DNA of 63,661 bases, filler included, from Octopus bimaculoides (lineage: Eukaryota), in NCBI RefSeq assembly GCF_001194135.2. It is 8 parts of 8 records of this genome, joined end to end, with 100 filler letters (N's around TTAATTAATTAA, not from the genome) between each part and the next. Parts side by side here need not be neighbours in the genome. Positions count along the whole stretch, not along the records: positions 1 to 31,430 come from NC_068983.1; 7 more parts are not named here. The stretch is one strand, 5' to 3'. Positions within the stretch are counted from its first letter, which is position 1; every line of letters starts with the position of its first letter. A model generated the notes under the pieces. That model was not told the origin of the DNA. It worked only from the letters and a program-made list of their open reading frames with translations, and did no database searches. This document shows positions 1 through 12,297 of this stretch, one piece after another. A program made the translations under genes and the position numbers.

Positions 1-37
1 TGCGTGTGTGTGTGTGTGTGCGTGTGTGTGTGTGTAT

Positions 38-190
38 ACGACGGGCTTCTTTCAGTTTCCCTCTACTAAATCCACTCACAAGGCTTTGGTCAGCCCGAGG
101 CTATAGTAGAAGACACTTTCCCAAAGTGCCACGCAGGAACCCGGAACTATGTGGTCGTGATGCAAGCTTCTCAGCACACAACCACGCCTG
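38..190 (-). mobile_element. tRNA-derived SINE, family C (CORE-like)
   Basis: Reverse complement has a tRNA-like head followed by (ac)tttgggaaagtgtcttctactatagcc, resembling the CORE motif. Related copies are near 11345-11535, 18830-18995, 22960-23118, 26700-27000, 28066-28405, 39195-39330 and 51520-51680. Confidence 0.75.
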
Positions 191-418
191 CGCTTGTGTA
201 TGCATGTAGTGAGTGCTTTTTCCTCCTGTTTTTTCAAATGTGCGTGCATTTCTCTCTTTCTTTCTGTCTCCCTCTCCGTCTCTCTTTCTGTCTCTTTCTC
301 TCCCCCTCTCTCTTTCTTTCTGTTTCTTTCTCTCTCCACCTCTCTCTCTGCTTGTATCTTTATGTATGTGTTTGTCTGACTGTCTCCTCTCTATAGTTTG
401 TCCTAACAGAACACCTAC

Positions 419-1496
419 GTTTAAGTAGGCGTAAATATTACTCCCGGTATTAATACTGCCTCTGTCGCTGATATATATAAAACATACAATGAAACATAAA
501 AGAAAGCATGATTTTATTTAACAGATTGTTACAAATTAATACACTTCAAAAGCGGAGAATGTTTAATTTTTATCAATATACTTAAAAAAGTAAAGAACAA
601 AACTAGTTTTAACACACCGTACGCAACAACTATTTCAAAAATATACGTTTTTTTGGTAATTCCAGATTTCTGAAAGCCGGATAAGTGCTCCGACACTAAT
701 ACATATTCCTGCGTAATGTGCAAGGGAGATAAATTAACCTATAATTAACTCCCTTGAGCAAAAAAAAAAAATCATTGGGTTACATTTTTTAAATAACTAG
801 TTTTTTTTATTGTTGAATCTCATAACACACCAGGAAGTTATAGCATCGATATTTATTATTTTTTTTACTTTATGGGACTAATACCTATATACTTTTTCCA
901 TACAGTGCATTAAATATTTATTTTCCCCTTTACATGTTTTCGCCATGAGTTGTCTACCTTGAAGTCCTGGACACGTTTTGAAAATGAATCAAGCTTTAAA
1001 TAATTCTGGATACCGTCACACTTAGAATTTGTAGTTGTTATTTATTAATTTACTTACGTAAGTATTGGAAATTATTTTTAATGTGTCTATAAACAAAAAA
1101 TAAGTTATATTTACTTTTATGATTTGAAATATAATTACATATATTTATTTCTATAACCTGGGTTCGTTATTCTTTGTCCATTGTACGGTCTGTTGTGGCA
1201 ACGGTTTGTTTGAAAATTACGATTTAGTTTTAATAATAATTTCTCCATTATAAAGTCATTTAAACTTGTAAATAATGAGTTTTATTGAGTTTAACAAGCG
1301 GAAATAATACAGTATGGGACATAAATGAGACTGCAACATTTAGTTTTGTCATACTATGATGAGTGCATATCCGGCATCGAGTAAACTTCTGTGGTCGCAC
1401 GTCTTGCTAGAAATAGCAGTCGAATCTTCAAACCCTACCCTGATCGTCTTGGGAAAGAAGGATACATTAGGTATTTCAGTCATGGATGTACTGCGT
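419..1496 (-). other. Candidate multi-exon gene of unknown product, head-to-head with MUS81
   Basis: Chain of AG/GT-bounded segments on the - strand: 1496-1355, 1189-1158, 1086-1058, 708-647, 467-419. The first four join in an open frame from ATG at 1483. No recognisable homology. Confidence 0.25.
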
Positions 1497-4400
1497 CTGG
1501 AGAAAAAAATTGAGTCGAAGCTAAATAATAACAATCAGACAGATCTGAGGTTAATAACAACTAAAACAACAATACCGACTCTTTCATACTTCCAGGTCCT
1601 GTATTGTAACTATTGGTAACAGATCCGAGTTCATTCAGTTTACTCTACGCTTTCTTTATAAAAGTGTAGAACTTCGAGGGACATCTATTCCAGAATTTCA
1701 CCAAAATATTGATTTCATTCCGTGTGTTATTTAGTTATACGTCTTTACGTTTTAAGTTCAAATCCCGCTACGGTCAAATTTGCCTTCATTCATTCACAGC
1801 CTGTCTCTCGCTCGGCATCGATAACAGGAAAGGGCTATCATGAAGTACACGACCAAAACGTTTTGTGAAAAAGTCGAGTTTAACATTATGAAGTTATGGT
1901 AATTAAAGTTCTGTTGTCCGAACTTGTTTCTTTCAATATATATACATATATAAATATACACACACAGCCAGCCGCAATGTGTTGAAATGTACACATTTTG
2001 GGCCGCATGCATCCTAATAACTAAATAAAATAGCAGTTGAGAACTTATATATAAAATACCTGAGATCTAAATGGAATTATAATTAAAAGTATTAACTTAT
2101 TTTATTAACACGTTTTATCTTCGAACACTTCAGCGGCGTGCAAAATCTTCCGTGTCACTTTTCAAAATAATTTTTAAAATCTTTTATCACCGAAAACCTC
2201 AACAATGTTTCCAAATACTACAAGGGAATATGTTAAAAGTGCTATGTTGTTTACATTACGTTGTAACTCATTTTCCATCTTTAATTAACGAAATAACAAA
2301 AACAATCTATGTATCCTAGCGGAATACAAACTAAATATTACTTTCACTTTATTTTAAACGGAAACTAATTTAATTCTATTTGCCAACATAAAGTGGCAGT
2401 CCTGATTAGGACAATTTTACTACCTTTTTTAACACCAGGAAAACATCTTTTCCATCTGGCTACTGACGCACAACTGCGTCCTTATTCTTCAATACTTCTC
2501 GCTCAGAGATTTAAAACTAATTATTTTCCTCCTTAATTTAATTCTACTTTTTACTTATGAATATTTTGAATATTTGTCGTTTGTATATGTGTATAATGTA
2601 TTAATGCGTTTACTTTTTTTTAATATAGTATTTAAATTATGCATTTTAATGTTTCTTTTAAGTATAATATCTTAATTTTGTGTTTGGGAAGGGTATAGAA
2701 AACTAAGTTTTGTCTTCTAATTGTTTGGATAATCGCTCACTATATTAAAATCCTATTTTACTTTTAATATAGGTTGAGATCTAATCAAAGTGTTTGAATG
2801 CATGTTGTGCTATTACGTACGCACATAGGCATACAATTTTTCTTTTTTTTTACTTGCTGCATCTGGAGGAAGGAATGGTTTTCGTATTTATACAGGCCCT
2901 CTTTGACAGGTTATTTGATGCTTTTGTGAGTCAACATCTGCCAGAATGACGTCCTAAGAAGGAAGGAAGAACTGGGCATAGTGATTAATGCGGGGCCTGC
3001 CTGGGGAGTTGGACACAACAAGGCTGGTGGGAGATGAAGAACAGTCACTTCCAAAGGCCATTATAGTAGCAGTAAAAAAGGCACAGAGAGGCGACAACAT
3101 GCCTTGTGGGCAAGGGGTTAGGACACGTCTATAAATGACTCCAGGAATTCCTGCTAACACTGTCACCTCCAAAGAGCAAAGTCCATTATAATAGCAGTAG
3201 AAAAGGCACAGAGAAGAGAAAGCATGCTTTGTGAGCAAGAGGTTAGGGCACATCTATGAGTGATTTTATGCCAATCAGTCAGGTAACCCTTTTTGTCCAA
3301 CACATCTGTGTGTTGAACAACAATGCTGTCACAGATGGAAGAGCTAATACTCCATTCTGAGATCTCCTAAGTTTTATAGAATATCAATAATTTAGAGTTG
3401 GGGAGGGGAAATTATCATCTGACCAGTCTTTGGAATATGACTATAGTTATGTTAATGATGTTCATTTACCAGGGATAGATCCTCAGTCTAAGTGAGACCC
3501 AATAATTGAAGTGATTTAGAATGCTGAGAACTGCTCATGATTGAAAAAAGGTGTGGAGTTGGCTGCAAAGCAGACGGTGATGGTGGAGGCTTTCTCTGTA
3601 AGAGTACTGCTCACAGAACAATCTGTATTATGAAGTGAAGAGAAAGAGAAGGCTTGGATTGATTACAGGATCCAATGTGTCCAAAGACTGCATAATGCTC
3701 CAATGTCTACTTTAGTATAGTTTGTATGGCTGGATCCCCCTTTCTAATGCCAACCATTTTACAGCATGTACTGAGTGCTTTTTTTGTGCCATCGGCATTA
3801 TTTAAATCATCTTGCAGTTTTGCAAGAGTGCAAATCCCAAAGGAGGAGGTGACTTTAGTATAAGTCGTGAAGGCAGATCTGGTTCTTGTAGAAGAACTGC
3901 ATGGTTATTCACATTTAGTAGAGGATGGAGAGAATGATCAGTCGAAGCTGTGACCAGATAGACAGTGGCAATGAGATGTCCACATGGCCCCTCAAGGCGC
4001 GAGCTGAGTAGAAGAGGATGGTTGAGGTGTTTGCAAGATTGTATGGGGAGCAGAAGATGAGGCGATGTAAAAAAAAGTTGAGTTGGGTTGAAGGAAGTCA
4101 TGAGATGGGGAAGATTGGGGAATGCAGAAGAGACCAGGTGGAGACAGAGCATAGCAAGATGGTAGCGATGTTCGTTTACCCAAGCTAGCATAGGTTAGCC
4201 CAGTGTTTCTCAACCATTTTTTACCTATGAATTGAATCCCTTTGGTTACTATTTGATTCCAGTGGATCCCACCCATAACCATTCAATGTTTAAAATCTGG
4301 TTTTGTACATCCTTCTTTCAAAATTTCTATTTTGTTTTTCGCACAATCACTTGTGTATATTTGCAATAAGCACTTGCTGAGAGAACATGTTTCATTGACC

Positions 4401-5638
4401 AGAAACATGTTAAACTATGTAAAACATGTGACCTTGTGTACCCCAACACTGTATACAGAATTGTTTGAGTTGTTCCCACAATGGTTGCACGCTGTTTACA
4501 TGAAGGAATGCACGGTTGAGCCACAGCTATTGATTCCAAACTGAAATATCCCATGACATGTTGTTTCCAAGCACTTCCTTGCCAATCCCACCCCCTTTAC
4601 CACATCATTTCTCTTGTAGATTTTTCTCATGCGGAATCCATCACATAGATGTAATTCTTATGTCTGCTAATTGTTCAGCATGGTAGCAGCAACACCAATA
4701 GCCGCAAAGGAGAGTATATCCACTGACAGCTTTTTGGTGTGTTCAAGAATCACATCCCCCCCACACACACACACACACACTTTTCCATGACAAGGTTAGG
4801 GCCTGGAATCTTTCAAACAGATGCACGACACGTCACTTAGTCGAAGTAGCCCTTCATTTACTCCACAAATGTTTTGTTGTCAATGCTGCACTTCCCTGTA
4901 TCACATGTTTCAACTTAACTGTACCATATATACAAACTATGCCAATTAAATCCCAGCAACGCCCGGTATGTCTGCTAATATATATATATATGAATTCTTT
5001 TTTTTTTGTTCATAAACTATAAGAATTTTCTTGTTCACAGATCCGACATTTGTTTTTCTAGATTGTATTGATATTATTTATCTTAGGGATTAGTGACAAC
5101 AAGGTGAATAAAAGGAAGAAGACAAGGAGAAACAGGAAAAATTGTTTGGCATGATGAATAGACAAGTAGCTGGAAGGCATAGCATGGTCGGAAGGAGGGA
5201 GATTTCAGGATACAAGTGAAGACACGGAAGATAGAATCAGTGAGACAATAGAGTTAGTGGAGAGAATGACAATGAAAAAAATAACAAGTTTTGATTTTTT
5301 ATTCAAGTTAAGAGAATTAAGTGGTTTATTATATATTCTTAAAATTTTTTGATGATGAAGATTAAACCAACAGAGAGCCAATAATAATGGTAATAATATA
5401 TTCTTTTTATTTGCCACATTTACAACAAAAGTATAAACATTACAATACCATACAAAACTATTCTGTTTGCTTAGTAACTTTGTGGTAATGAATTCGATCC
5501 CACTATACAGCATCTTGAACAATAACCTCAGGTTTATAGATGTGATATGAAAAGGATTCTACTATAGCCATTGGCTGTTCAATACCCTGAAATGTGGTAG
5601 ATAGAAACACACGTATATATATATATATATATAACATA

Positions 5639-6008
5639 GTTGTTGGCATTCCGTCGCTTACGACGTTGAGCGTTCCAGTTGATCCGATCAATGGAACAGC
5701 CTGCTTGTGAAATTAACGTGCAAGTGGCTGAGCACTCCACAGACACGTGTACCCGTAACATAGTTCTCGGGGATATTCAGCGTGACACAGTGTGACAAGG
5801 CTGACCCTTTAAATTACAGGCACAACAGAAACAGGAAGTAAGAGTGAGAGAAGGTTGTGGTGAATGAGTACAGCAGGGTTTGCCACCATCCCCTGCCGGA
5901 GCCTCGTGGAGCTTTAGGTGTTTTCGCTCAATAAACACTCACAACGCCCAGTCTGGGAATCGAAACCGCGATTCTGCTGCCCTAACCACTGGGCCATTGC
6001 GCCTCCAC
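5639..6008 (-). mobile_element. tRNA-derived SINE, family A, (CAA)n tail
   Basis: Reverse complement of the element at 26246, 35081 and 59715: head gtggaggcgcaatggcccagtggttagggcagc, end ...cgacgga(a/g)tgccaacaac. Confidence 0.9.
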
Positions 6009-6094
6009 ACATATAATATAATACATAATATATATATACTTATATATGATATTTATTATATCCCTTCATTGGAAATGGTGATATATATATATCA

Positions 6095-6260
6095 CCCACT
6101 ACAGTCTCAGAGTGGTTGGCATTAGGAAGGGTATCCAGCTGTAGAAATTCTGCCAGATCAGATTGGAGCCTGGTGCAGCCTTCTGGTTCACCAGTCCTCA
6201 GTCAAATCATCCAACCCATGCTAGCATGGAAGGCGGATGTTAAACGATGATGATGATGAG
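6095..6260 (+). mobile_element. SINE/LINE 3' segment, family D, (GAT)n tail
   Basis: ...ggaagggtatccagctgtagaaa...catgctagcatggaaggcggatgttaaacgatgatgat. Copies are near 10030-10152, 13165-13350, 19010-19240 (-), 20325-20575, 22730-22950 and 29325-29510 (-). Confidence 0.8.
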
Positions 6261-7328
6261 ATAGCCACATCTGGAATGACTTTGAATCATAAGTCTATTT
6301 GATCAGAGTTTATGTAGAGCTAAATACCACAATACAAGCCGTTGAGCGAGCAAACTGAAATTGTAGCCAAATCTCCCTCAAAATCCATTTTAGAATCTTA
6401 TGTTAAAGAGTGTTGTAGGTTCCCTACATCCATAAGAAGAAAGACAGGGTGGTCACAGATGGAGAACTTATGATTATAGATTTGATTGTCAAGACATGTG
6501 GCCTGATGGCTAGAGTTGCACTAAAAATCTTATGATCATGATTCCAATATCCCAACTAGGCCATGCATTGTGTTATGTTCTTCAGCAACACACTTCATTT
6601 CATAACGCTCCAGTCCACTCAGCTGTAAACAAGTCCCAGCAATAACTGGTGAGTTAACCTAGTGAAGGACTTCCATCCCATTGAGGAAAAGAGGGACATT
6701 GTAGTAATTTCACTCACTCATATACCACAAAGATCAGGTTAAGTCAGGCTTTATGAGTCTTAAAACTCATGATAGAGCTATAGGTTTGATAGATCAATAT
6801 TGACTGATGTTGTTGGTAGTGGTAGTGGTGAAGGTGGTGGTGGATAAACACTACCAACAACAACAACAACGACATTAAGGACATGAATAATTCGATCCAA
6901 TTCACTTTAAGACATGTCTCCCAAAGATTCTCTGTCATTTATTATCCTCTTATATATTATAGATGTGTGTTCTTTCTCTTCACACTTTAATTTTCTTCAC
7001 AGTATATGACGTCATTATGTTACCTTCATGATTTGCATAGCGTGCAGGTGTGTGTATATTTATATATATATATGTGTGTGTGTGTTTATATATATATAGA
7101 TAGATACATATATCCCTCCTCCTCCCAGGAAAATAATTTCACCACCACCATTGTCTCCCATGGCAATCTACTGTTGACTGACTCCTCTTAGTTGAGTTGG
7201 TGTACTTGCAACACTCTCATCTCTTGTCAGCACTTCTAATCTACTTAGCTTGGATTAGGAACTAAAAGTTTTCTAGTGACCTTCCCCACTCCTCATATGC
7301 AGTGTATATAACGCGTGTGTGTGTATAC

Positions 7329-8478
7329 CTCTCAGCCCTCCAACACTTCCTTGACCGCCGCCCTGACCCCACACCTAGCACCTCTACCCTGCTTCGTCTG
7401 GCAGAACTCATCCTCACCCTTCTCTGGGGTCGCGATGGGAACGAGAATGGGTCCCAATTATGCCAACCTCTTTGTTGGTTACATTGAGGCCCAAGTATTC
7501 TCCCAATTCTCCGGTCCGACCCCAGAACTATACGGTCGCTACATAGATGACTGTATAGGAGCCACCTTCCTCTCCCGCGAACAGCTCTGCCTTTTCATCT
7601 CCTTCCTCTCTAACTTCCNNNNNNNNNNNNNNNNNNNNNNNNNNNNNNNNNNNNNNNNNNNNNNNNNNNNNNNNNNNNNNNNNNNNNNNNNNNNNNNNNN
7701 NNNNNNNNNNNNNNNNNNNNNNNNNNNNNNNNNNNNNNNNNNNNNNNNNNNNNNNNNNNNNNNNNNNNNNNNNNNNNNNNNNNNNNNNNNNNNNNNNNNN
7801 NNNNNNNNNNNNNNNNNNNNNNNNNNNNNNNNNNNNNNNNNNNNNNNNNNNNNNNNNNNNNNNNNNNNNNNNNNNNNNNNNNNNNNNNNNNNNNNNNNNN
7901 NNNNNNNNNNNNNNNNNNNNNNNNNNNNNNNNNNNNNNNNNNNNNNNNNNNNNNNNNNNNNNNNNNNNNNNNNNNNNNNNNNNNNNNNNNNNNNNNNNNN
8001 NNNNNNNNNNNNNNNNNNNNNNNNNNNNNNNNNNNNNNNNNNNNNNNNNNNNNNNNNNNNNNNNNNNNNNNNNNNNNNNNNNNNNNNNNNNNNNNNNNNN
8101 NNNNNNNNNNNNNNNNNNNNNNNNNNNNNNNNNNNNNNNNNNNNNNNNNNNNNNNNNNNNNNNNNNNNNNNNNNNNNNNNNNNNNNNNNNNNNNNNNNNN
8201 NNNNNNNNNNNNNNNNNNNNNNNNNNNNNNNNNNNNNNNNNNNNNNNNNNNNNNNNNNNNNNNNNNNNNNNNNNNNNAGGGACGTTCGGCTAGGTTCGGA
8301 GTCCCCCGTCGGCCGTCACTTCCAACTGGCCAACCACTCTCCCTCTAACATCTCCGTTTTCGGCCTCGTCCTGCACCATGGGTCCACTCCCTCGCGACTC
8401 CACTTGGAGCAACGCTACATTTTCAACCTTAATTCTTCTTTCTCCTTCGGACTCATCGCAGCCCTCTCTTCCTTATGA
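7329..8478 (+). mobile_element. Penelope-like retroelement, 5'-truncated (RT + GIY-YIG end, gap in middle)
   Basis: LSALQHFLDRR...LLRLAELILTL, then (frameshift) SGVAMGTRMGPNYANLFVGY...LYGRYIDDCIG, typical PLE RT motifs. After the gap, SPVGRHF...LEQRYIFNL matches the GIY-YIG C-terminus. Confidence 0.85.
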
Positions 8479-8635
8479 CTCTCCCCTTTACGTCCCTGCA
8501 ACACTTTTCTTTATTTTTTATTTTATTTTTTATTTTTATTTTTTTACCCCCCCTCGTCCCCTTTACATTATATCCATTATTCTCTTGTTATTACACTCAC
8601 TACCTTTTTCCACTTTTTATCTCACCCCTTCCTAC

Positions 8636-9490
8636 ACGCACACATACCCACACACAAAAAATACACGCACCCATACACACACATGTAAACACACCTACAC
8701 CCAACACACCACACACACACAACACATGCATGCACTTACACGCTCAGACTCGCCCACACACTTATACAAACGACATACACACGCACACTTGCGCATACAC
8801 ACACACGCTAACAATCACGCAAACACACACACACACACCCAAGCATACACACCCTTGCACACATAACCCACATATACCCCCATTCACAAATACCTCCCAC
8901 ACACCTCCCACACACCTTACATATATATACCACCCACACACATGACAGACATACATGCGCGCCCTCACACACACATATAGACGAAAGCACATATACACAC
9001 ACACACAGACGCACAGTGGTAGAGACACACACCTTACACAGCCCTATACACACACACACCCATATATACGCGCACGCATACATGCACGTACATACACAGC
9101 CGCATACACATGCACACACACACACAGGAGTGCACACACAAAATAACACACATACCTGGCACTCATCCTTACGCTCTCACACACATACACACGCACACAC
9201 ACATACACATACACACACACACATCTCACATACACAAACACACACATACACGTACACACATACACATATACACACATGCACACACGCACACACACTTCTC
9301 ACCAACACAACACACTCACACAGACACGCATACAATCACACACACATGGGCAAAAACAACACACGCACATACAATAGCAAACGCACGGACACACACATAC
9401 ACAGCAATGCACATATACACAACATACACATACATACAAACACACATGCATGCACAAAAACATACACATACACACACGCACACGTACAAA

Positions 9491-9530
<40 letters not shown>

Positions 9531-9585
9531 ACCCAACACCTACAACCCCACACAAACACACACACGAACACACACATACTCAAAA
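8636..9585. repeat. Long degenerate (CA)-rich simple repeat
   Basis: About 950 nt of cacacac/catacac variants, running into an N gap. Confidence 0.9.
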
Positions 9586-9848
9586 NNNNNNNNNNNNNNN
9601 NNNNNNNNNNNNNNNNNNNNNNNNNNNNNNNNNNNNNNNNNNNNNNNNNNNNNNNNNNNNNNNNNNNNNNNNNNNNNNNNNNNNNNNNNNNNNNNNNNNN
9701 NNNNNNNNNNNNNNNNNNNNNNNNNNNNNNNNNNNNNNNNNNNNNNNNNNNNNNNNNNNNNNNNNNNNNNNNNNNNNNNNNNNNNNNNNNNNNNNNNNNN
9801 NNNNNNNNNNNNNNNNNNNNNNNNNNNNNNNNNNNNNNNNNNNNNNNN

Positions 9849-9960
9849 CTTTCCGTCTTTCCGACGAAGGGCTCCGCCCGAAACGTCATACTCTCTCTCT
9901 TTCCTTTCCCGAGCGTCCAATAACACTATCCGTATCACGTCCTCACTTTGTTGGTTTTTT
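9849..9960 (+). mobile_element. Penelope-type terminal repeat with minimal hammerhead-like motif
   Basis: CCGACGA-A-GGGC-TCC-GCCC-GAAA-C-GTC at 9861-9887. Homologous to the reverse complement of 45890-46050 and downstream of the PLE at 7329-8478 in the same orientation. Confidence 0.6.
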
Positions 9961-9977
9961 TTGTGTTTTTTTTAACC

Positions 9978-10012
<35 letters not shown>

Positions 10013-10150
10013 GTGTGTATGCATATATGTGTATATATATATATATATAATCAGACTGGAGCCTGGTGTTGCCATCCGGTTTCACCAGTCCTCAGTCAAA
10101 TCGTCCAACCCATGCTAGCATGGAAAGCGGACGTTAAACGATGATGATGA

Positions 10151-10215
<65 letters not shown>

Positions 10216-10409
10216 TGTGTGTGCTTATATATATATGCATGTATATATATATATGTGTGTATGTATCTATATTTGTGTATATATGTACATTTATGTCTGT
10301 ATGTGTATATATGTTTATGTATGCATATATGTTTATATATATGTGTGTGTGTGTATGTTATAGTATGCTCTAGCTTCACCATGCTATTTTATATTTGCAG
10401 TGCGTAAAG

Positions 10410-10574
10410 ATGAGTAAAAGGAGAGGAGAACCAACAACAACCATGGCAAGAAAAGGTGTTAAGAAAAAGAAGATCCTACCATCCAACCCAAATGCTCTGC
10501 TTGTCAAATGGCTAAAAGAATGGCAAGCAGAAGCCAATGAAAAAGGCAGCAAAGTTCAATATACTTACAGCAAG
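10410..10574 (+). CDS. MUS81: MUS81 coding exon 1 (N-terminal HhH region)
   Basis: MSKRRGE...PNALLVKWLKEWQAEANEKGSKVQYTYSK matches the MUS81 N-terminus. Acceptor ttgcag ends at 10400 (so an upstream UTR exon exists); donor AAG|gtagct, phase 0. Confidence 0.92.
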
Positions 10575-10714
10575 GTAGCTTCAAATATTGTCACTGGCGC
10601 CACATGGTTGAAAGACGTTCTGTGCACACAGATCCCTCTCACTCTGACAGTCATTATTTTTTTTTCCATTACTGTGATTGCTTAACTGTTTCTTTTGTTG
10701 TATGTTTTTATTTG

Positions 10715-10930
10715 TTTCAGTTATTTGACTGTGGCCATGCTGGAGCACTGCCTTTCTATTTTTTTTATTTTTTTAGTTGAACAGATCAACCCCAGGACTT
10801 ATTCTTTGTAAGCCTAGTATTTATTCTATTGCTCTCTTTTGCCGAACTGCTTAGTTACAGGGATGTAAACACACCAACATCGGTTGTCAAGTGATGGTGG
10901 GGGCAGGCACAGACACACAAACATATACAT
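10715..10930 (-). mobile_element. SINE family E
   Basis: cagttatttgactgtggccatgctggagcactgcc...gacttattctttgtaagcctagta...ttttgccgaactgc. Copies are at 15515-15720, 27845-28060 and, inverted, at 55380-55580. Strand is inferred. Confidence 0.7.
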
Positions 10931-11129
10931 ATATAAATTCGAATTACGATAAACGTTAACAAACAAACGAAGTTTGCTTTTAGAAGCGTTGAAATGTCTT
11001 AGAAAGTTAAGGAAGTGATTTTAAATTCTCAAACGCAGGCTAATGCAAATAATATAGCCTGAACAGGATAAGCTACCCCTATTTTNNNNNNNNNNATATA
11101 TATATGACAGGCTTTTTTCAGTTTCTTAT

Positions 11130-11343
11130 TTCTTTATTACCCACAAGGGGCTAAACATAGAGGGGACAAACACATTAAGTCGATTATATCGACCATAGTA
11201 CGTAACTGGTACTTATTTAATCAACCCCGAAAGGATGAAAGGCAAAGTCGATCTCGACGGAATTTGAAGTCAGAACGTAACGGCAGACGAAATACTGCTA
11301 GGCATTTCGCCCATTGTGCTAACGTTTCTGCCAGCTCGCCGCC
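11130..11343 (-). mobile_element. SINE family B (ggcg(gcg)agctggcagaa head)
   Basis: Shares ttgcctttcatcctttcgggg(t)cgataaat(t)aagtaccag with copies at 17784-17985 (+), 20035-20245 (+), 20760-20955 (-), 23790-24118 (-) and 40288-40830 (+, tandem partial copies). Confidence 0.8.
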
Positions 11344-12258
11344 TTTCAGTTTCCGTCTACCAAATCTACTCACAAGGCTTTGGTTGGCCCAAGGCTATAG
11401 NNNNNNNNNNACTCACAAGGCTTTGGTTGGCCCAAGGCTATAGTAGAAGACACTTGCCCAAGGTGCCACACAGTAGGACTGAACCTGGAACCATGTTTGA
11501 TAAGCAAGCTACTTACCACACAGCCACTCCTGTTTGTATGCTCTCCCTTCTCATAATTTTTCCTGTTTACCATTCAGTCGTGTGACTTTGTCTTTTCTTG
11601 TTATTATACTTTATTTTCTTGTTATTATACATTATTTTCTCCATGCATGTTTTTGTCTATTATGTACACTCATTTATACCCCAACAGCCTATGTTACCGA
11701 CACTGCCAAATTGAACAACATTACTGAAAGGTGTCGAAATTATAATGATACTTGATCAATAACTGATGAGGGGTCAAGCATGTCAGCGTCCGTTGCGTGT
11801 GATTTTTTCCCTTATCTTTCCATATGTTCCTTTGTGGTTCTTCTGTCCCACATTTCATATTTTCACATTCTGTCCCACATTTCATATTTTCATATTTTGT
11901 ATGTGTAGTTGTAGACACAGTATGGCTGAAGTGTTAAGAAGTTTGCTTCACAACCACAAGATCCCAATTTCAATCCCATTGTGTGACATCTTGGGCAAAT
12001 GTCATTTTCTTTGGCCTTGGTTTGACTCATACATTGTGAATGATATTGGGTAGAAGGAAACTGTATAGAAGCCTGAAAGGTGCACATGTCTGTGGACTAC
12101 TCATTCACTTACATGTTAATTTAGGAGCAGATAATTCAGTTGATATCAAACAACTGAATACTCATAGACAAACAACAAAGATCCATTAATGTGTGGTTGC
12201 ATGATTGCATATGTAGTTGTATGTGTGTATGTTTATGTGGTTGTGTGTATATATGTGT

Positions 12259-12297
<39 letters not shown>

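Noticed and set aside
2954-4191. 99-aa and 129-aa minus-strand ORFs in purine-skewed sequence
   Set aside because: No recognisable motif; probably an old retroelement relic, but I cannot assign a family.
5160-5522. Overlapping plus and minus open frames
   Set aside because: No homology or convincing splice signals.
8378-10407. His/Thr-, Cys/Val- and Tyr/Ile-rich ORFs
   Set aside because: They are translations of (CA)n, (TG)n and (TA)n repeats, not proteins.
11368-11443. 33-bp direct repeat around a 10-N gap
   Set aside because: Identical sequence on both sides of a minimal gap inside a SINE indicates an unmerged contig overlap.
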